Positions 9,965 through 20,958 of a DNA stretch of 64,000 bases are shown here, one piece after another; position 1 is the first letter of the stretch; each line of letters opens with the position of its first letter. A model generated the notes under the pieces. It searched no databases, was not told where the DNA came from, and was given only the letters and a program-made list of their open reading frames with translations. The stretch covers positions 124,001-188,000 of the IMG/VR virus record IMGVR_UViG_3300042367_000228; one strand, written 5' to 3'. Position numbers and translations under genes: made by a program.

Positions 9965-12900
9965 ATGGCAACACCAGAAATAATTACATTAAAGGAATTT
10001 AATGATGCACAAGTAATAGTAGCTAAGGTATTAGGTGCAGGGTCAGGAGATTACGGTTATAATCAAACAGTAACTAGTTCTCAACAACTATCAGTAACTG
10101 GACCTGAAGTTGCTAAGTTGCGTAATGATATATATCGAGCATTACATCATCAAAAAGGCGTAGCAAATGCTAATACATTAATGCCAGCATTTGTTGCACT
10201 TAACGGTACAGTATCTCAATCGATACGAATTGCAACAACTGGAACTCCGGCAATAGGAACTACTCCTGCAGTACTTGGTACAATAGATAGTGGTAGATTT
10301 TCAATGTTTACCGGTACTGGTGCAAAAGTAACTAATGCAGATACATTTCCTAATTTCATAACCGATCAAAATTGGAACGGAACAACTACACAAACTACTA
10401 CAGTAACGTTTATTGACGCAACTCATATGCGTTCTTTCTTTAATGCTGGTTCTACAATACAAATATTACCATCAAAATCTGGTGTTGTAACTGTAAAAAA
10501 TACAGCATGGACTAATTTGCTTAATTTAGGAACAATTACATTTCAACGTTCTGGTGTTACTACTGCATCAAAGCCATTAGTTACTGATACAACAGGCACT
10601 GGATTTGATACATTAACTAGTACTAATGCTGTTATTTTTTCAAGATCGTCAGATACAAAAACTGAAGTATATACAATTAATGCTAAATTAAGTGGTGATC
10701 ATACAATCATATTTACAAGTACATTTTCAAATTCTGGATCAGATGTTACTGGAACATTATCAAGTACTGTTAAATTATTGCGTGCAAGTTATGATCAAAC
10801 TGATATAGTTAATGTTACTACTTTAAGCATAGGAGCTCCAGTTAGCATCGTATCACTTGGATCAACTACTAATGAACAGTGGAATACATTAGCCGGAACA
10901 ACTGGCGTAACATATTCAGTAGGATCAGTACTTACTACAGTAGTAGCAGGTACGGGATTAGGTACCGGTACTGTTACGTTCCCATATGTAACTATTCCAG
11001 CACCTGGTGTTATATCAACAATAGTTCCTGGTTTAGCTAGTCCGACATATACAATTACTAAAAGTCCAGTTACTTCGCAAATTAGTGAAACAGGAGCATT
11101 TGTTTCAGTTTCATTTACAGTTAATACACATAATTATACCGGTACACACATTTATTATCGTATAGTTAAAGCTAACAGTAGTGCTTCGGATATCATCGAA
11201 GCTGATTTTGTAGATAAACCACTAGCAGGTGCTCTTGCAATTAATCAATCTACAGGTGTATCTGAAACATTAGCGTTAACTGCAAATGCAGATAATGCAA
11301 CAGAAGGGCTTGATAAATTTGATATTGAATTCCGTACAACAGAAAATGTAAATGATCCAGTAGTAACAAGCATTTTAAAAGCGTTTAACGATGTTCCTAT
11401 ATCAATTATAGATACGTCAATTACACCTAAAGTTATACCGCGCACGATACGATTTGCATCACTAGCGGCTGGTAAAATGTCTGCATCAACAACCGAAGGT
11501 GCTACAATATCGTTTGGTATTATTAGTACTGGGATATCAGAACCATATGATACAGTAACCTGGAGAATATATCCAGTAGCAACAAATCCAGTTGTTATTA
11601 CTGCATCAGATTTTAAAGAAGGGATTGAAGGCACATTTACTATGCCAAGCAACCAGCTGTATACATTAGATTTGCATATTAGTGCAGATACAGATGTTAC
11701 TGAAAAGTTAGAAGAGTTTCAAGTATATTTGTATCTAACTGATCCGGTTACAAATGCACCAAATAAAACTAAAAATGCTAATAGTTACATGGTGCAAATT
11801 GGTGCAGATGCGGCGTTGGTTACACAAGGATATGAGGTTCTCACACCATTGCAATTAACAACTGTAGAAGGCGATCCTGTTGGTATTTCAGTTCCTTTTA
11901 AAACACCATATCTACCACCTGCAGGACAGAAAGTATGGTATCGTATTTCAGCACCAGACTCATTAAATGCAGCAGATGGTGCAGATTTTACGGACGGGTT
12001 ATCATCTGGTTCGTGTCCAGTTACGGTAACTGGAAATTCTACTACAGGATCAGGGTCAGGTACTCTTAGAAAGTATGCAAAGAATGATAAAATAACGGAA
12101 GGTACTCAAGGGTTTATTGTAGAGTTTTTTAAAGATAGTGCATTTTCACAAAAATTTGGTGAAACTACTACATTAACAATTACAGAAAATGTTGGATATA
12201 CAGTCACACGGTCGACACCGTCAATGATTGAACCATTAGCCGATGGGTCAACTGCAGGAAAAGTAACAGAAATTACATTTACGTTAAATACTCCATTTAT
12301 TCCAAATTCTCCTGAAACACTAGTAGACTGGGAAGTTAAAAAAATTAATTCCGCCGGCGGAATTGGCGAATTTACTACTAACGATTTTATAGACGGAGAA
12401 ATTAATGGATCTAACCCAGTTGTCGATAATAAAGTAATAGTTACATTACGAGCAAATAACGACGGTCTAACAGAAGGAACTGAGCAGTTTTTTGTAAGAT
12501 TCACTTACCCAGACGGTGACGGTACTGCATATAAAGATAGTCCGATTGCATCAATTACTGAAACTGTTAAGTACACGATCGATGTAGCAGCTGGTAGCTC
12601 AACTTCAATGGTTGAAGCACTAGCGAGCAATTCTCAAGGTGTGGTATTTGATATTACTACGCCATTTTTACCACCAAATACACCGGTATATTGGGAAACA
12701 GTAGTTCCTGCAGGAAACAGGACTTCTAAATTTTTACCAAGTGATTTTGCTGATAATAAAACATCAGGCACGATTTATATAAATCAAGGTGGAACTATTA
12801 CTAATCAAGCAACTCTTACTAGAATTGCAATTATTGATACAGACATTGAAGGCAACGAAACATTTCAAATTATTTTAAAAACCGGAACTGCTAAATCGAC

Positions 12901-15900
12901 CGAAGTTGCAAGAAGTCCAGTTATTACTATTACAGAAGATATTAAAGGTAAGATCGATAAAGGTTCGACTACTACACTTGTTGAAGGTGCAACTGGTGCA
13001 ACATTTAAAATTACTACACCTAAACTGCCAGATGGTACAAAGGTATTCTGGAATATTAATCAAGGTAGTGCAGGTAAAATACAAAATATTGATTTCTTAG
13101 TATCTGATGCTAAAGGTAAATCAGAGCAACGACTAAGTGGCTATGTTCTTACTAAATCTAATGCAGCTACATTAACAATTGCAGCTAGAAAAGATGTAGT
13201 TCTTAATAGTTCAGACGGAACAGAACCTGATGAAAAATTTACTATTTCGATAAGAATTGGATCAGAAACTGCTGACATTGAAGATACCACCTCGGAGATT
13301 ACAATACAAGATGTTTCATCATATGTAATCACTGCTGATCAGACTGCAGTTAAAGAGTCTGACGGTTTATCATTAGCAACGTCTAGAACAGTAACATTTA
13401 CTGTATATACTCCATATATGGATGACGGAACAGTATTGTACTGGACAACAGCATCGTCTGCTGGAACGATTACTGCTTCTGATTTTAAAGATGGTTTATT
13501 AAGAGATACTGTTAAGGTATATAAAAATAAAGCGACTATTATTCGATCAATGAATGATGATCAAACTTCAGAAGGAAATGAAAAATTTTATATACAAATT
13601 AGAGAAGGCGGATACGACAATCCTGTAGTTAAAGGAGGTGTAAGTCCGGGCGTGCTAATATATGACAATTCTCAAGGAGCACCTGAGCCGGAACCACCAG
13701 GAAAACCAACAGCAGTAGTAACCACCTTAACAAATAGTTTAACATTTGTTGAAGGCAGTACAATTAGGTTACAAGTTGCTACTACTAATGTATTACCGAC
13801 TGATAATTGTTTTTGGTCGGCATATAGTGTAGCACCGGGCGGAATAGTAGATGATTTAAGTAAAATTCAAAGTTCTGCAGCAATCCATGTACAGGGATCA
13901 AGTGATCCACGAACAGTTACTATAGAAGATATTGTAGTAACTCCTGATTTAATAAATGAAGGTGCTGAAGTATTTATTTTTCAATTTCATAAAGGGTCGG
14001 TAGCATCTAAAGCTATTGGGTATCTTCCAATAACATTAGTCGACACGGTTAAATATTCAATTTTTGTAACTAATTCGTTAATTTCTGAAGCAGGAAATAC
14101 TCAGACAACATTTAATATTACAACGCCGTTAACAAACACATTGTTAAAATGGACAATTGTACCTGAATCTGGTAATTCAGGTACTGGTGTATCTGGCGCA
14201 GATTTTACTGTTGCAAATATTTATAATTTTGATTCACCGTCAATGACTGGAACTGTAGCAATTGGCGCAAATGGTACTGGTGCATTTGCATTATCTGCTG
14301 CAACTGATAGTATTGCTGAAGTTACTGAAAAATTCCATATTATACTTAAAAAACCAGGAACTGGCGGTGCATATGAAGTTATTCCGGATTTGCAATCAGA
14401 CGTAGTTAGTATACAAGATCTTACAGGATACACATTGACTCCTACTGCAGTAGGATACAATTTACCCTCAGCATCTTATACTGTTACTGCAGGTACATCT
14501 ATAACTTATACATTAACTACTCCAAAGATATCTAAATTATCAAATCCTTGGAAATGGGAGTTACTTGGTAGCAATTTAGTAGGTATGATGTCTACATCTG
14601 GATATATTACAGTTAATGCAACTGATATTTCGTATTCATTTATTGTTACAACCAATGCTGAAAAAATTCTTGATACTAAAAAGTTTACAGTTCAAATTAC
14701 TGATTTTGACGGTGGTAAAAAAACGGTATCAGGTAATCCAACAATAACTATAACCGCAGGTGTAAAAAATACAATTGTTCCAAAAGTTAACGGTGCAGTG
14801 CTTGAATCACCATATAACATAACTGAGTCAACCGCAGTAACATTTGCAGTTGTATCAACATTGCCAAAGGTATATTGGTATCTTGCTCAAACTACAACTG
14901 AAGAAACTGCAAATACTAATAAAATAGATTCAAATGATTTTTCAACTAACCAACCGTTAGCTGGTACACTAGTACCAAGCCCTACCGCTAAAACAGCAAG
15001 TTTTACATTAACATTTGCAAATAAATTGAATAGAAAACATGGTAATAAGAAATTTCATATTATTTTAAGTGATGTTGCACCTAGTACTCCAATTCAGTCA
15101 GCGTTACCTACTGCATTAGTGTCAACTGAAACTATTACCAGAACTGAAAATACAGTATACACAATTACTCCAAGTTTGTCAGCGCCGTATTATACAAATG
15201 AAGGAACTGCAGTTACATTTACAGTAACTACACCGTTTATTTCAGCTGACACGTTCTATAAATGGGAAGTTGTTTCGACTGGTGTTTCGTCTATTTCGAC
15301 TGTTCAGGTTAATACTAGTGCTAATGTTACACAAACTACTCCTGGCGCGTTGTCTGGTACATTTAAAGTGTTTTCTGCAACTAACTCAGGAACGTTTGCA
15401 ATAACAGTTACAAATGACAATATTGATAATACTAGATCGTATCAAATTAGAATTTCTGATACATCTAATGCTGTAAAAATTCAAACTAATGATCCGGGAA
15501 ATCAAATAATTTATGTTGAATCTAACCCAACATGGGGAATTATTGCAACTGCATCAGCAACTAGCGACACAGAAATTGCGAGTATAATGGAAGGAGATCC
15601 TATTACTATTACTGTTACTCGTCCTGCGTCGGCTCCTGATAACACAATTAAAAAAATAAGATGGTCAGTAGTTAAAAGTGATAATGATTCAACCTTTATA
15701 CCATCTCATGTTGTTATGCCATCTTCTAATACTGCTTCAGTAAAATCAGACGGCACATTTATCTTTTCATTTAAGGCAAGTATTGATAATCCGTTATCAA
15801 GTCCTAACACTAATCGAACATTTAAGATTGCATTAACTGATGATTCGTTAAATCCAATTAGTAATGTTGACGATCTTGTTATTACTATTACTGATTACTT

Positions 15901-18900
15901 ATGTTTATCAGTAGTTGATGACGGTTCTCCATCTACCGGAAATCCAACAATTAATGAAGGTGTAAGCGGTAATACTATAAAATTTACTGTTACTGCTAAA
16001 GAATCAGATATCGGACATGCATTAACATATAAAATATTCCCAGTTGGAATGCAGACTACTGATTTTGTTAATATATCATCGTTTACAGGTACTACTGATT
16101 TAGTAAGTGCAAATAAAACTGTAGAGTTTACATTATCTACTACTCCTGATTCAACTACTAATAAAACTGCTAAATCGTTTTATGTAACATTTACAAGTAC
16201 AGTAACACCTACAGGTAACATAAACACTTGTAAGTCAAGAGTTGTTAATGTAGCAGATTCGTCAAAGACTGCAGCACCGGAAAATTATGCAGTTGAAGAC
16301 AATGGTACAAATCCATTACCGTCAAAATTATTACCGTCTATAAATGAAGGCGGCGACGGTAGTAGCATAACATTTACTGTTACTACTAAAACTACTGACA
16401 ATGGAAATCCATTATATTGGCGAATAAAAAACCCATCAGGGGCGTATATTAATGAAAAATGTTTTTCAATTGGATCATTAACAGGTCAGACTGCTAATGT
16501 TGCAAGTAGAACAGCAACATTAACATTAACTGCAGTGGCAGACACCGCAGATAATAAACCAGCTAAAAAGTTTTATGTCGAATTTAGTACAACTTCTACG
16601 TTCCCAAAAACAATTGCAACTGGGTTAACATCTCGTACTGTTGATATTGCTGATACATCTAAAACATATTATCCGCCTTCTGCAGTTAGTATCGAGGTAA
16701 CATATATGCCAGCAGTAGTGTATCCGGGGGATAAATTTGTAGTTCAATGTAAATTAGCATCGACTACTTCAACTCCATTACCTGCATCGCCATTATTAAA
16801 GGTATCATGGGTTATTAATTCGGCTAACACTACCATTGCGGCAAATGTTAGACAACAATCTAAAGCTGATACACAAATTGGCGGAGTAGCGATGTCTCAA
16901 ACTGCTACACTTAAAAATCGTACAGGAACTACATTAGCAAATTCACAATTTTGTGTTCTTCCTTTGTTAGCATATAATAATCCTAATTTTGTAAGTAATA
17001 ATGACCCATGTGGTAATTTTACAATAACATTTACAGTGACTGATCCTGTTACAAATAAAACAGTTTCGGCAACAACTGATCCAATTCAGTGGAATCATAT
17101 AGTAATAAAACAAACGATAAAAAACTCTGGACCATGGTCTATTCCAAAAGATGCTAATTTTGTTAATATAAAACTTTATGGTGGTGCCGGTGACGGTGGC
17201 GTTGATACTGGTGGTAGTAGAACAGGCGGGTACGGTGCAACTGGTGACATTGTTATTGGTACTGTTAATGTTCAAAATATTTTATCAAAAAGTTTATATT
17301 TTAAATTTATACGTGGTTCAGACGGTGGCCCTGCTAAAACAAGTGGCTGGAAAATTGCAGCAGGAACAACAGGCGGTGGCGCCGCAGTAGTATATCCTGG
17401 TATAAATGATAAAGGAACAGTAATTGCAGTTGCAGCAGGCGGCGGCGCAGGTGGTAATCAATGGACCAATGACGGCGGATCTGGTAGAAATGGAGCAGCA
17501 CCGACATTTGTTACAACGTATAGCTCATCAGTTGATAACGTTGGATTTTCAGTTGCACCAACATATGGCAACGGTGGTGCAGGGGCACCCAGAGGTACAA
17601 ACAATACTACTGGTATTGATGACAACAATGATAGACGCGGACCACGTTACGGCGGTGGCGGCGGTGTGTCGTATGTTCCTGCAACCTTTTCTCGTATAGC
17701 AGGAGAAATAGGAATAAACGGAGTGCCGCCAGGAGCTGTAGGTGAAAATCCGTTTGCGGTAGTTTCGTATTCACCGATATGTGCTGGACAAGCTATAGAG
17801 TCTTATGAATATATTGAATCGGGAACATACAAAGTTACTGTTCCTGCAGGAATTGCACATGCTAATGTTGTAGTAATTGGTGCAGGAGGCGGTGGCGGTG
17901 GTGCAGGCGGAACTGCATTAACTATTGATAATTCTGTTTATACATCTTATCCAACACAAACAGCTTCAAGTGACGTAACTGCATTTTTAAACAAATATGG
18001 AATCTACGGCGGTGCCGGAACAACTACGATTAAAGCATCGTATAGAACATCATTTGCTGCACCAAAACAATTAACAAATTATATATTAACCTATTATGGA
18101 AATAATTCAGGATATATCACACTTAATGGTACTAAACATTCGTTTAGTTCTAGTACATGGGCATTAGTAACTAAATCTATTACGCTAACTAATAAATTTG
18201 ATCGTAAAATTGAAGTATCCGCAACAATTAAGGCCGCGTCGTATTCAGCCTTAGTAGGAACAAATGTTACAGGTACCGGTACTGGTGCAAAGTTTAATGT
18301 AACAATAGCCGGAACAGTGTATACGACTGTTAAAATATATGCAGCGGGTAAAAATTATGCAGTAGGTGATCAAATTACAATTAGTGGTCGTAATTTAGGT
18401 GGTACTGACGTAAATAATCTCGTAATTACAGTTGCAACAGTAAATAGTGGAAAGATTGCTACTATTACTACAGTTGGTACAGCGGATGGGCATTATATTG
18501 CTGCAACGTTAAGAGTTGATGACGGGTCAGACACATTATTTGATCCTGCTATTCATAGTACAAACGATAACAAAAATTTTTATAGAGAAGAAGATATCTT
18601 ATGGACGACACGTAAACCTAAAAATCTTATTACTGCTGGAGTAGGCACAAGTAATGGTAGTAGCGGAGCAGGCGGCGGTGCAGGCGGCGGTGAAGTTACC
18701 ACTATAGCTGTTACAAGTGGGGACGAACTTACAGTAGTAGTCGGAGCAGGCGGTAAAGGTGGTACTGGACAATACGACACATCTGCAGGTGCAGCTGGGC
18801 AAGTTGGCGGTTCTAGTTCAATAACAGGAACAGGTGTATCAGTTACTGTATCGGGCGGTAATTATGGAAGCAGTTCTTCGTCAGGAGTTGCAGCTGCAGG

Positions 18901-19129
18901 CGGTGCTGGCGGAGCTGGTGCTGCAGAAGTCGGAGGTGCAGGATTACCAGGTAAAACTAATACATCTACATCTGTTACTACAACTGCAGGCGGTGCTGGC
19001 GGCGTAAACACAACATCGTACGGTGGAGGTGGTAGTGGCGGGAGTTTAGTCGAATCTACCCAAGAAACTATATTTAATTCAGGTACAGCCGGACGTCCGG
19101 GATATGTGTTAATAGCATGGCGTCCGTAA
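9965..19129 (+). CDS. Giant tail/adhesin protein with ~15 Calx-beta/Ig-like repeats and two glycine-rich domains
   Basis: 3054 aa, Thr/Ser/Gly-rich. Repeats of ~120-130 aa follow the pattern 'xEG...vtFtvtT...vyW....DF....G.....D...EG.E.F.i'. C-terminal GAGGGG tracts. Confidence 0.7.
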   Translation: MATPEIITLKEFNDAQVIVAKVLGAGSGDYGYNQTVTSSQQLSVTGPEVAKLRNDIYRALHHQKGVANANTLMPAFVALNGTVSQSIRIATTGTPAIGTTPAVLGTIDSGRFSMFTGTGAKVTNADTFPNFITDQNWNGTTTQTTTVTFIDATHMRSFFNAGSTIQILPSKSGVVTVKNTAWTNLLNLGTITFQRSGVTTASKPLVTDTTGTGFDTLTSTNAVIFSRSSDTKTEVYTINAKLSGDHTIIFTSTFSNSGSDVTGTLSSTVKLLRASYDQTDIVNVTTLSIGAPVSIVSLGSTTNEQWNTLAGTTGVTYSVGSVLTTVVAGTGLGTGTVTFPYVTIPAPGVISTIVPGLASPTYTITKSPVTSQISETGAFVSVSFTVNTHNYTGTHIYYRIVKANSSASDIIEADFVDKPLAGALAINQSTGVSETLALTANADNATEGLDKFDIEFRTTENVNDPVVTSILKAFNDVPISIIDTSITPKVIPRTIRFASLAAGKMSASTTEGATISFGIISTGISEPYDTVTWRIYPVATNPVVITASDFKEGIEGTFTMPSNQLYTLDLHISADTDVTEKLEEFQVYLYLTDPVTNAPNKTKNANSYMVQIGADAALVTQGYEVLTPLQLTTVEGDPVGISVPFKTPYLPPAGQKVWYRISAPDSLNAADGADFTDGLSSGSCPVTVTGNSTTGSGSGTLRKYAKNDKITEGTQGFIVEFFKDSAFSQKFGETTTLTITENVGYTVTRSTPSMIEPLADGSTAGKVTEITFTLNTPFIPNSPETLVDWEVKKINSAGGIGEFTTNDFIDGEINGSNPVVDNKVIVTLRANNDGLTEGTEQFFVRFTYPDGDGTAYKDSPIASITETVKYTIDVAAGSSTSMVEALASNSQGVVFDITTPFLPPNTPVYWETVVPAGNRTSKFLPSDFADNKTSGTIYINQGGTITNQATLTRIAIIDTDIEGNETFQIILKTGTAKSTEVARSPVITITEDIKGKIDKGSTTTLVEGATGATFKITTPKLPDGTKVFWNINQGSAGKIQNIDFLVSDAKGKSEQRLSGYVLTKSNAATLTIAARKDVVLNSSDGTEPDEKFTISIRIGSETADIEDTTSEITIQDVSSYVITADQTAVKESDGLSLATSRTVTFTVYTPYMDDGTVLYWTTASSAGTITASDFKDGLLRDTVKVYKNKATIIRSMNDDQTSEGNEKFYIQIREGGYDNPVVKGGVSPGVLIYDNSQGAPEPEPPGKPTAVVTTLTNSLTFVEGSTIRLQVATTNVLPTDNCFWSAYSVAPGGIVDDLSKIQSSAAIHVQGSSDPRTVTIEDIVVTPDLINEGAEVFIFQFHKGSVASKAIGYLPITLVDTVKYSIFVTNSLISEAGNTQTTFNITTPLTNTLLKWTIVPESGNSGTGVSGADFTVANIYNFDSPSMTGTVAIGANGTGAFALSAATDSIAEVTEKFHIILKKPGTGGAYEVIPDLQSDVVSIQDLTGYTLTPTAVGYNLPSASYTVTAGTSITYTLTTPKISKLSNPWKWELLGSNLVGMMSTSGYITVNATDISYSFIVTTNAEKILDTKKFTVQITDFDGGKKTVSGNPTITITAGVKNTIVPKVNGAVLESPYNITESTAVTFAVVSTLPKVYWYLAQTTTEETANTNKIDSNDFSTNQPLAGTLVPSPTAKTASFTLTFANKLNRKHGNKKFHIILSDVAPSTPIQSALPTALVSTETITRTENTVYTITPSLSAPYYTNEGTAVTFTVTTPFISADTFYKWEVVSTGVSSISTVQVNTSANVTQTTPGALSGTFKVFSATNSGTFAITVTNDNIDNTRSYQIRISDTSNAVKIQTNDPGNQIIYVESNPTWGIIATASATSDTEIASIMEGDPITITVTRPASAPDNTIKKIRWSVVKSDNDSTFIPSHVVMPSSNTASVKSDGTFIFSFKASIDNPLSSPNTNRTFKIALTDDSLNPISNVDDLVITITDYLCLSVVDDGSPSTGNPTINEGVSGNTIKFTVTAKESDIGHALTYKIFPVGMQTTDFVNISSFTGTTDLVSANKTVEFTLSTTPDSTTNKTAKSFYVTFTSTVTPTGNINTCKSRVVNVADSSKTAAPENYAVEDNGTNPLPSKLLPSINEGGDGSSITFTVTTKTTDNGNPLYWRIKNPSGAYINEKCFSIGSLTGQTANVASRTATLTLTAVADTADNKPAKKFYVEFSTTSTFPKTIATGLTSRTVDIADTSKTYYPPSAVSIEVTYMPAVVYPGDKFVVQCKLASTTSTPLPASPLLKVSWVINSANTTIAANVRQQSKADTQIGGVAMSQTATLKNRTGTTLANSQFCVLPLLAYNNPNFVSNNDPCGNFTITFTVTDPVTNKTVSATTDPIQWNHIVIKQTIKNSGPWSIPKDANFVNIKLYGGAGDGGVDTGGSRTGGYGATGDIVIGTVNVQNILSKSLYFKFIRGSDGGPAKTSGWKIAAGTTGGGAAVVYPGINDKGTVIAVAAGGGAGGNQWTNDGGSGRNGAAPTFVTTYSSSVDNVGFSVAPTYGNGGAGAPRGTNNTTGIDDNNDRRGPRYGGGGGVSYVPATFSRIAGEIGINGVPPGAVGENPFAVVSYSPICAGQAIESYEYIESGTYKVTVPAGIAHANVVVIGAGGGGGGAGGTALTIDNSVYTSYPTQTASSDVTAFLNKYGIYGGAGTTTIKASYRTSFAAPKQLTNYILTYYGNNSGYITLNGTKHSFSSSTWALVTKSITLTNKFDRKIEVSATIKAASYSALVGTNVTGTGTGAKFNVTIAGTVYTTVKIYAAGKNYAVGDQITISGRNLGGTDVNNLVITVATVNSGKIATITTVGTADGHYIAATLRVDDGSDTLFDPAIHSTNDNKNFYREEDILWTTRKPKNLITAGVGTSNGSSGAGGGAGGGEVTTIAVTSGDELTVVVGAGGKGGTGQYDTSAGAAGQVGGSSSITGTGVSVTVSGGNYGSSSSSGVAAAGGAGGAGAAEVGGAGLPGKTNTSTSVTTTAGGAGGVNTTSYGGGGSGGSLVESTQETIFNSGTAGRPGYVLIAWRP

Positions 19130-19146
19130 TACGATAATAGAGAAAT

Positions 19147-19174
19147 AAAAAAAGCCAGCAATGCTGGCTTTTTT
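19147..19174. terminator. Bidirectional intrinsic terminator
   Basis: A7-GCCAGC-aat-GCTGGC-T6 between the convergent tail gene and thyX. Confidence 0.85.
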
Positions 19175-19178
19175 GTGA

Positions 19179-19961
19179 TTAGTGTTTATAAAAATTAAAT
19201 AAGTGTTGCCACCAGTTAACCAGTTTATGTTCAACAAGATCTTCTTTAATAACATCGGGAATAGTAACAAATGTCTCTGATTCTTCCTTATAAACAAAGT
19301 CATTTACCATTGGAAATACTGCGCTAATTGCTTGCGCACATGCTACAGCAACTTGTTTGTGTTCAAGCTGTGTATCCACGTTACTGCGCACTTGTATGTA
19401 GTGAATCCATGAGCGCAACGTCCCGTTAACATACACGCGACTTTTAGTATTACCTTCTGGAAGAACAACACGAGCTTGTTCTTTAGCAATTCCTTTGCTA
19501 ATTGCCCATGCATACTGTACTTTTGCTGCTTCAATAAGATATTGCTGTCTTAGTTTCCATTCGTTATTAATTGCTTCTTCTTCAACAGTATTAACTGTGA
19601 TAGAGTTTTGACGATTCTTAGGATCTTGGAAACGTGCTTCACGTATTTCAAAAGACAAGTCATCAGTTGGATCTGCATAACGTTGACTAAACTCTTGGAA
19701 TCTAAATGAAGCGTGGCGTAGTAATTGACGTGCAATATCACGGGTGGTATTGATTTCTAAACATACATTAACCATTTCAAGTGGTGACCAATGTTTATGT
19801 TTAATTAAGTAGTTGATGAGTTTTTCTGAAGTTTCTGTATTAAACTGATTTGAAGGATTACTTACTCTTGCACAAAATGCTATAAGTTCTTGTGCATCGG
19901 TAATTCCTAACTCAGCAAATTCTTCAGTTGGTTGAGAATATGATACTAATTTAATGTTCAT
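19179..19961 (-). CDS. thyX: Flavin-dependent thymidylate synthase ThyX
   Basis: ARVS, HWSPLE, RH.S..FQEFSQRY, KEQARVVLP, LRSWIHY, TQLEH. Confidence 0.93.
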   Translation of the reverse strand: MNIKLVSYSQPTEEFAELGITDAQELIAFCARVSNPSNQFNTETSEKLINYLIKHKHWSPLEMVNVCLEINTTRDIARQLLRHASFRFQEFSQRYADPTDDLSFEIREARFQDPKNRQNSITVNTVEEEAINNEWKLRQQYLIEAAKVQYAWAISKGIAKEQARVVLPEGNTKSRVYVNGTLRSWIHYIQVRSNVDTQLEHKQVAVACAQAISAVFPMVNDFVYKEESETFVTIPDVIKEDLVEHKLVNWWQHLFNFYKH

Positions 19962-20278
19962 AATTTATTTTTTTTAAAAAATTTATTAGTTGATTTTTCA
20001 ATGTCTTTTTTAATTTTAACTGCGTCAATTTTAAAATTAACATCGTCTATGCGATCTTCGTATGAAGTGAGTAAGTCAGACAAACTTGTTTGAAAACTTT
20101 CCCAGCCTTCTTTTTTTAATTTTGCTGTTAATTTTATTTCCCAAGACTTATTATCTTTAAAATTAACAATTACGGAATGTAAATAAAGAAGAGGTATCTT
20201 ATTAATAGACACCTCTTCTAATACTTCAGGCCAAACTGCAATCACATCCTCAGGAAGTGGTTTCTTTTGGACTGTCAA
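19958..20278 (-). CDS. Hypothetical protein
   Basis: 106 aa, overlaps both neighbours in operon fashion. Confidence 0.6.
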   Translation of the reverse strand: MTVQKKPLPEDVIAVWPEVLEEVSINKIPLLYLHSVIVNFKDNKSWEIKLTAKLKKEGWESFQTSLSDLLTSYEDRIDDVNFKIDAVKIKKDIEKSTNKFFKKNKL

Positions 20279-20957
20279 CTTTTGCCTTAGCTACTTTTTT
20301 AGTAGTTACTTTGTCTGATTCTAGTGCCTCAGCTACTGCCTCAGCTACTGCTGCGTCTCTTGCTTCTAGCAAATCAGTTTTAGATTTTTTAACTGTAGGA
20401 ACAAGTTCTTCGGCTTGTCTACGTAAAGAAGCAGCTTCTTTTGATAACCGATCTGCTTCTGAACGATAGTGTTTAGCTTTTTGCTCGGGAGTTAAAAGCT
20501 CTACTAATGCTGATTTTGGTTCTTCAGATTTTACAGTTTCTTTTTCTTGGAACGGTTCAATTTTAGTTGGCGATTTAAGTGATAATTCGTCAACTGTTGT
20601 ACCACGTTGTTCTGCAATAATTTGATTTAACTCGGACAATTTAATTGAAACTGTATGCGTTGGTAACATTTCGACTTGATCTGTTGAAATTTTTACCAAT
20701 CTATTTTGACTATGTAATGCAGTTAACATAACATACCCATCTGGAAAATTAGTACGTGCTAATGCTTCCGCAAATTCATAAGCAGCTTGTCCGGCATTGC
20801 TTTCTACTAAATTAATAATCGCATCGTGATAACTATCTGGTAAATTTTCAGTAGGAACAATTAGGCAATTATATGCCTCACCGGGTAATGTACGATATGC
20901 AACAATGCATTTTTTGCCGGAGCTAATAACTCTACCAACATGTTTAAGTTCGGCCAT
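20250..20957 (-). CDS. Hypothetical protein with coiled-coil C-terminus
   Basis: Likely start is MAELKHVGR at 20957, next to the upstream stop. Confidence 0.6.
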   Translation of the reverse strand: MAELKHVGRVISSGKKCIVAYRTLPGEAYNCLIVPTENLPDSYHDAIINLVESNAGQAAYEFAEALARTNFPDGYVMLTALHSQNRLVKISTDQVEMLPTHTVSIKLSELNQIIAEQRGTTVDELSLKSPTKIEPFQEKETVKSEEPKSALVELLTPEQKAKHYRSEADRLSKEAASLRRQAEELVPTVKKSKTDLLEARDAAVAEAVAEALESDKVTTKKVAKAKVDSPKETTS

Positions 20958-20958
20958 A

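Noticed and set aside
9965-19129. Diversity-generating retroelement target in the adhesin
   Set aside because: No reverse transcriptase and no near-identical TR/VR pair differing at adenines was seen in the window.
1080-19161. Many 60-135 aa antisense and alternative-frame ORFs inside the structural genes (and likewise inside pol, clpA and others)
   Set aside because: They are shadows of codon bias in long real genes, with no RBS or recognisable motifs.
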